Assembly: GCA_964016885.1 (NCBI GenBank) | Contig: OZ024742.1 | Location: 170,376,001-170,440,000 of the forward strand | Length of the DNA stretch: 64,000 nt | Source of the DNA: Eledone cirrhosa | Lineage: Eukaryota | Direction of reading: 5' to 3' | Shown here: positions 1 to 64,000 of the stretch, one piece after another | Layout: every line of letters begins with the position of its first letter | How positions within the stretch are numbered: position 1 is the first letter of the stretch | The notes under the pieces: model-generated | Seen by the model: only the letters and a program-made list of their open reading frames with translations | Database searches by the model: none | Told to the model about the DNA's origin: nothing | Program-made: the position numbers and the translations under genes

Positions 1-749
1 GGTGCTAAAATATCTGGAGTGATAATTTCACAATGAAACAGTTTTTCTATATCTACTATATCACTGTTGGTTTTTATTTATGCATTCTGTTAAAAATATT
101 TCCATCAAATTTGTATAATTTGAACTTTTTAATACATAAATATCCCATACACATGTACTCCTGCATATGCGCACACACATACATCTATTTCTCTTTCAAT
201 CTTCTGATTTGATTTTATTGCCCTCTTCTTTTTTTTTCTTGCTCTGCCTCTCCTATCTCTCACTAGCTGTCTCTCCCTCCCTATACAAAGTTCTCTTATT
301 CGATCTTTTGCTTTCAAAATATTCCTCACACACATTTAGAACAGTAGATTTCCAAAGTCTCTTTGTCATAAACACATTTTACACCTGCTTTCTCCATGCT
401 TGAATAATTTGGATGAGGTTTCATGTTGTCCTGCTTCTTGTCAATCATTTGTCACCTGGTATGCATGCGCCACATGTATGCATTCACACACACACACACA
501 CACACAAAACAGAAAATTCCCAAACCCTATGAGCTAGGTTTCTGTGTGTGTGAGGGGGTGACTTTCCTATCACCAACATCTATATAATTGTTTCTACTTT
601 TGGCACAAGGCCAGCAATTATCCCAGTGCATTTCTGGTACTTTATTTTATCGACGCCATAACTATGCTGCAAAGCATGTTGTTTGACACTACTGATACTG
701 CCAATCCACAGACTGGGCTCATATCGTTGTGCCACCAGCAGTTTAACAC

Positions 750-2060
750 ATGTCCATCTCCTTGTGAAGTTCAATCTCCTGAGATGTGTTCACCACTTCT
801 TCCCAAGTCTTTTTTAGTCTTCTTTCTGCAGGTACCTTTCATTGGGCTTGTTTAGTATTTCCAGTCTTCTCTCAATTCATTTGCACATCCAGCAGAGCAT
901 GCTTGGTTTATTTATTTTTAGCTTTCACACATCCTTAGCATTCAGGGAATATGATTTATTACCATACAACATTGCACTTTCTACCCTAATATCATACAAT
1001 CAGAGAGAGAATCCCTTTGTTGTCATCATAGGTAATAGCTCTTTAACAGTTTCCTCCCATGTTTTCAGAATATCAGCCACCACTGTTGATTAGGTCCCCA
1101 AGGTAACTGAAGCTGTTTACTTTTAGGAAGCCTTCTAGGCATTTGAAAGTATTTATTTCAGGGTACTTTTATTGCTAACTTCCCCCATGTTATCTGCTCG
1201 AGTATTCCCTCTTTTTTGCTAGGCTATCTGACTATCCTACTACATCTCTTGTTCAGCCATATTTTGCATTACATACACAATATAGAATTCCTACCAACAC
1301 CTTTCCTGAGTATCAAACATTGTAATATAGCTTTGTATTTATTTCTGACAACTAAATCTTGTCTTAGTTATAGCCAAACATAGCAAGAGAATCGAGAATC
1401 AAGAGATTGAAAACAAAAACCTAGCTAAGTCACCAACATTCAGGAGTTACTGTGGGCAGTATGTGAACTAGACCATCAGCATTCAGGGGTTCTAACGGGT
1501 AGTATGAGAAATAAGATACCAGCATTCAGGAGCTATCATGGGCTGTATGAGAACTGTACCCAGCATTCAGGAGTTATCATGAGCAGTATGAGAAATAGGC
1601 CATCAGCATTCAGGAATTCCTATGGACAGCTAGTTATGAACTGCTCTTCAGCTTTAACTCTTTCTGTTACTTTTATAATTTTGTCCATTAATTTGATGTC
1701 TGTATAGTTGCTTCTTTCTAGAGTATCTCTTTTGTCCTTGTAGCAATTGACAATGATACTGCGATATCAGTCATTAGAAATGACACCTCTCATTCTACCA
1801 TATTAACTACACTGTGTGTAATTCATCTACTTCTCCAGATACTTTCAACATCTCAGTGTTTTTCCTCTTTTAACTGTAAAGCTGTTAATATCAATCACTG
1901 GTCTTTCTGTTGGATTTACTTGACAGATTCCTCTCTGTCTTCTACAGATTCTCTCCTCTTCCAGCAATCATAGCAGTATTTCATCTCAGCATCAGTGAGA
2001 GCAAGTACATAGCTTGCGTTCTTTACACATTTCCACAAATGATATTTCATTTCCTTTCCC
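750..2060 (-). mobile_element. Old, degenerate RTE-clade LINE fragment
   Basis: Minus-strand translations include SIIVNCYKDKRDTLERSNY..IKLMD, ELLPMMTTKGFSL, AMLYG, ASMLCWMC and KTWEEVV, homologous to the RTE at 16.4-19.3 kb. Many stops. Confidence 0.75.
1430..1630. repeat. Minisatellite, unit about 37 bp, about 5 copies, inside the old RTE
   Basis: Recurrent cagcattcaggag..tatcatgggcagtatgagaaatag. Confidence 0.85.
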
Positions 2061-2460
2061 ATTGGGTAGAGAGGACTCTAGGGCAGTGCTACCTCTCTAG
2101 TGTTGGTGATCTATAGGATTAATTACACCCAATACACACTGTAAAGTGGTTGGTAATTCTCCTGTGTCAAAGACATGACAGCCTCCCTTGTGTTGGTGAT
2201 TAACAAGATAAAATGGACACGATACACTCTGTAGATGCAGGTGGAAAGGTGACACCAGTGGCAAAGTTGGCACAGGTCACACTAGTGTTACTGAAGGAAA
2301 AGATGACACAGGTGACAGAAGAAATAGCCCTGAGTAGAAAAATATAACTGAAATTCCAAACTGTTCTGTTATGTATCATTATAATTATTATGTAAGTAAT
2401 GTCATATATTTATATTATACAACTGTAGTATAACTTACCTCTGTCTCTCTCTAATTTCAG

Positions 2461-62454
<59,994 letters not shown>

Positions 62455-62704
62455 TCTCACAATTACAAAAACAATATATAAAATAAAATACTCTATTCTG
62501 AAACATTCTTAAACTGAATTTGAAAAAAATATATAAAAAAAAATGAGAAATCTCATAAAACAAGTGATCAACTTCTGTGACAATGGTATAAATATAAAGG
62601 AAAAAAAATAATCTCTGAACTATTTTTTTTTTAATGCAGACGTTTTATATTGGAATTTCTGCTTCCATTCTTTGCACCCTTTCTGTAATTCTTCCTTTTG
62701 AGGT

Positions 62705-62735
<31 letters not shown>

Positions 62736-63235
62736 TCCTAAAGGTATGATATGCATTGCAGTTAACCCACCACAGCCCCACCCTTGCAGTAGCTTCTATT
62801 GTCTCTATTTTCTAGCTGACTTAACTGGAATAATGAGAAAAACAAAGAAATTCATGTAGATCACCCTTACCCCCAGCCCTTCAGCCTATTGCCATCAATA
62901 ATTCGTTTTGAGTTTCTTCAACTCAAACTTGTATAGTCAATTCTCTGAAACTTACCAAATATTCAAATATCGCAAGTAATGCTTTGTCTTTGTGATTTCT
63001 TTTTCTTTGTTTTGAGAGAAGGAGTATATGCATGCATGTGTGTTTGAGTGTGCCTCTGTGTGTTTGAGTGTGCCTCTGTGTGTGTGTATGTTTGTGTGGG
63101 CACGCATGTGGTTGTATGGAATAGATGAAAGTTTGACTGGACAAGCGTAATGCATTTCAAGAATAAAGAGGAAACTAAATTTCTTTATCCTTAAAATAAT
63201 TAATATATACATATACACACATGCACACACACACA

Positions 63236-63279
<44 letters not shown>

Positions 63280-63394
63280 TACATATGATAGCCTGCTCCC
63301 TTGGAAATTAAGTCATTGTTAATGATACTGCCAGCTTTTTTTCTGTTTAAAAAATAATACAAGCATACATTTCTATTTGGACTTTCAAGGCATG

Positions 63395-63437
<43 letters not shown>

Positions 63438-63514
63438 TGTATTAGTAAATTGTAGTTTAATGGCATCACCATTCCAACACACGCACAGGCATAGACATAC
63501 ACAGTCATACTAAG

Positions 63515-63646
63515 CCAGGCCAGATTAAAACCTTTACAGGCCCTAATCACTGAAAATATAGTACTGGGGGAAAAACTGTATGGGGCCGCTCTAAACTTGA
63601 GGTCCTGAGTACATGCTTATTTTGCTTTCTGGTTAATCCAGGGCTG
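63515..63646. mobile_element. hAT-like MITE
   Basis: Imperfect TIRs ccaggccagattaa ... ttaatccagggctg; degenerate 8-bp TSD atactaag / atactgtg. Confidence 0.6.
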
Positions 63647-64000
63647 ATACTGTGTGTGTGCAACCTAAATCATTATCTTAGCTTGGTTTATGTTTATGTG
63701 ATGTTTGTTCTTTGGTCAGCTAGTACTTATAGGTGGAAGTGTCTCGAGTACATAATATATTCTATACAACACACCATCTTGCAAGAGTGTGGTTTATTCA
63801 TTATTATTATTATTATGTATACTTCGACACTCAATGTGTCTATTTATTCTTGTCATTCTCTCTCACAGTTTCTGTTTTATTCTGTTAAGTTTTTTTCCTA
63901 CCTGTAAATTGGATTGATGAGTTTACTATTGAATGTTATCAAATTGACTTTAGTTTTTATAGCACAACCCTCCATGTTTGTTCTTGGGTTTTTCAGTTAA

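Overview
AT-rich, repeat-dense animal genomic DNA. The repeat content (RTE LINEs with (GAT)n tails, tRNA-derived SINEs, abundant (TA)n) suggests a coleoid cephalopod such as Octopus; this is inference. The window carries the 3' part of one + strand gene, an activated-Cdc42-kinase (ACK/TNK2 family, Ack-like/PR2 type) tyrosine kinase. I reconstructed 11 coding exons by hand (2461-62454). All junctions are GT-AG and phase-consistent, giving 1347 codons plus stop: kinase C-lobe, SH3, CRIB, a long Pro/Ser-rich region and a C-terminal UBA region. The most notable observation is that the CRIB region and two downstream motifs resemble, in the same order, the CRIB-BD1, BD2 and septin-binding BD3 motifs of vertebrate Borg/CDC42EP proteins. 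Introns contain decayed RTE and R4/Dong-like LINEs, several SINE families, at least three TTAA-flanked MITE families (often nested), Tc1/mariner-like and hAT-like MITEs, minisatellites and several strong hairpins. Most short ORFs in the supplied track are spurious.
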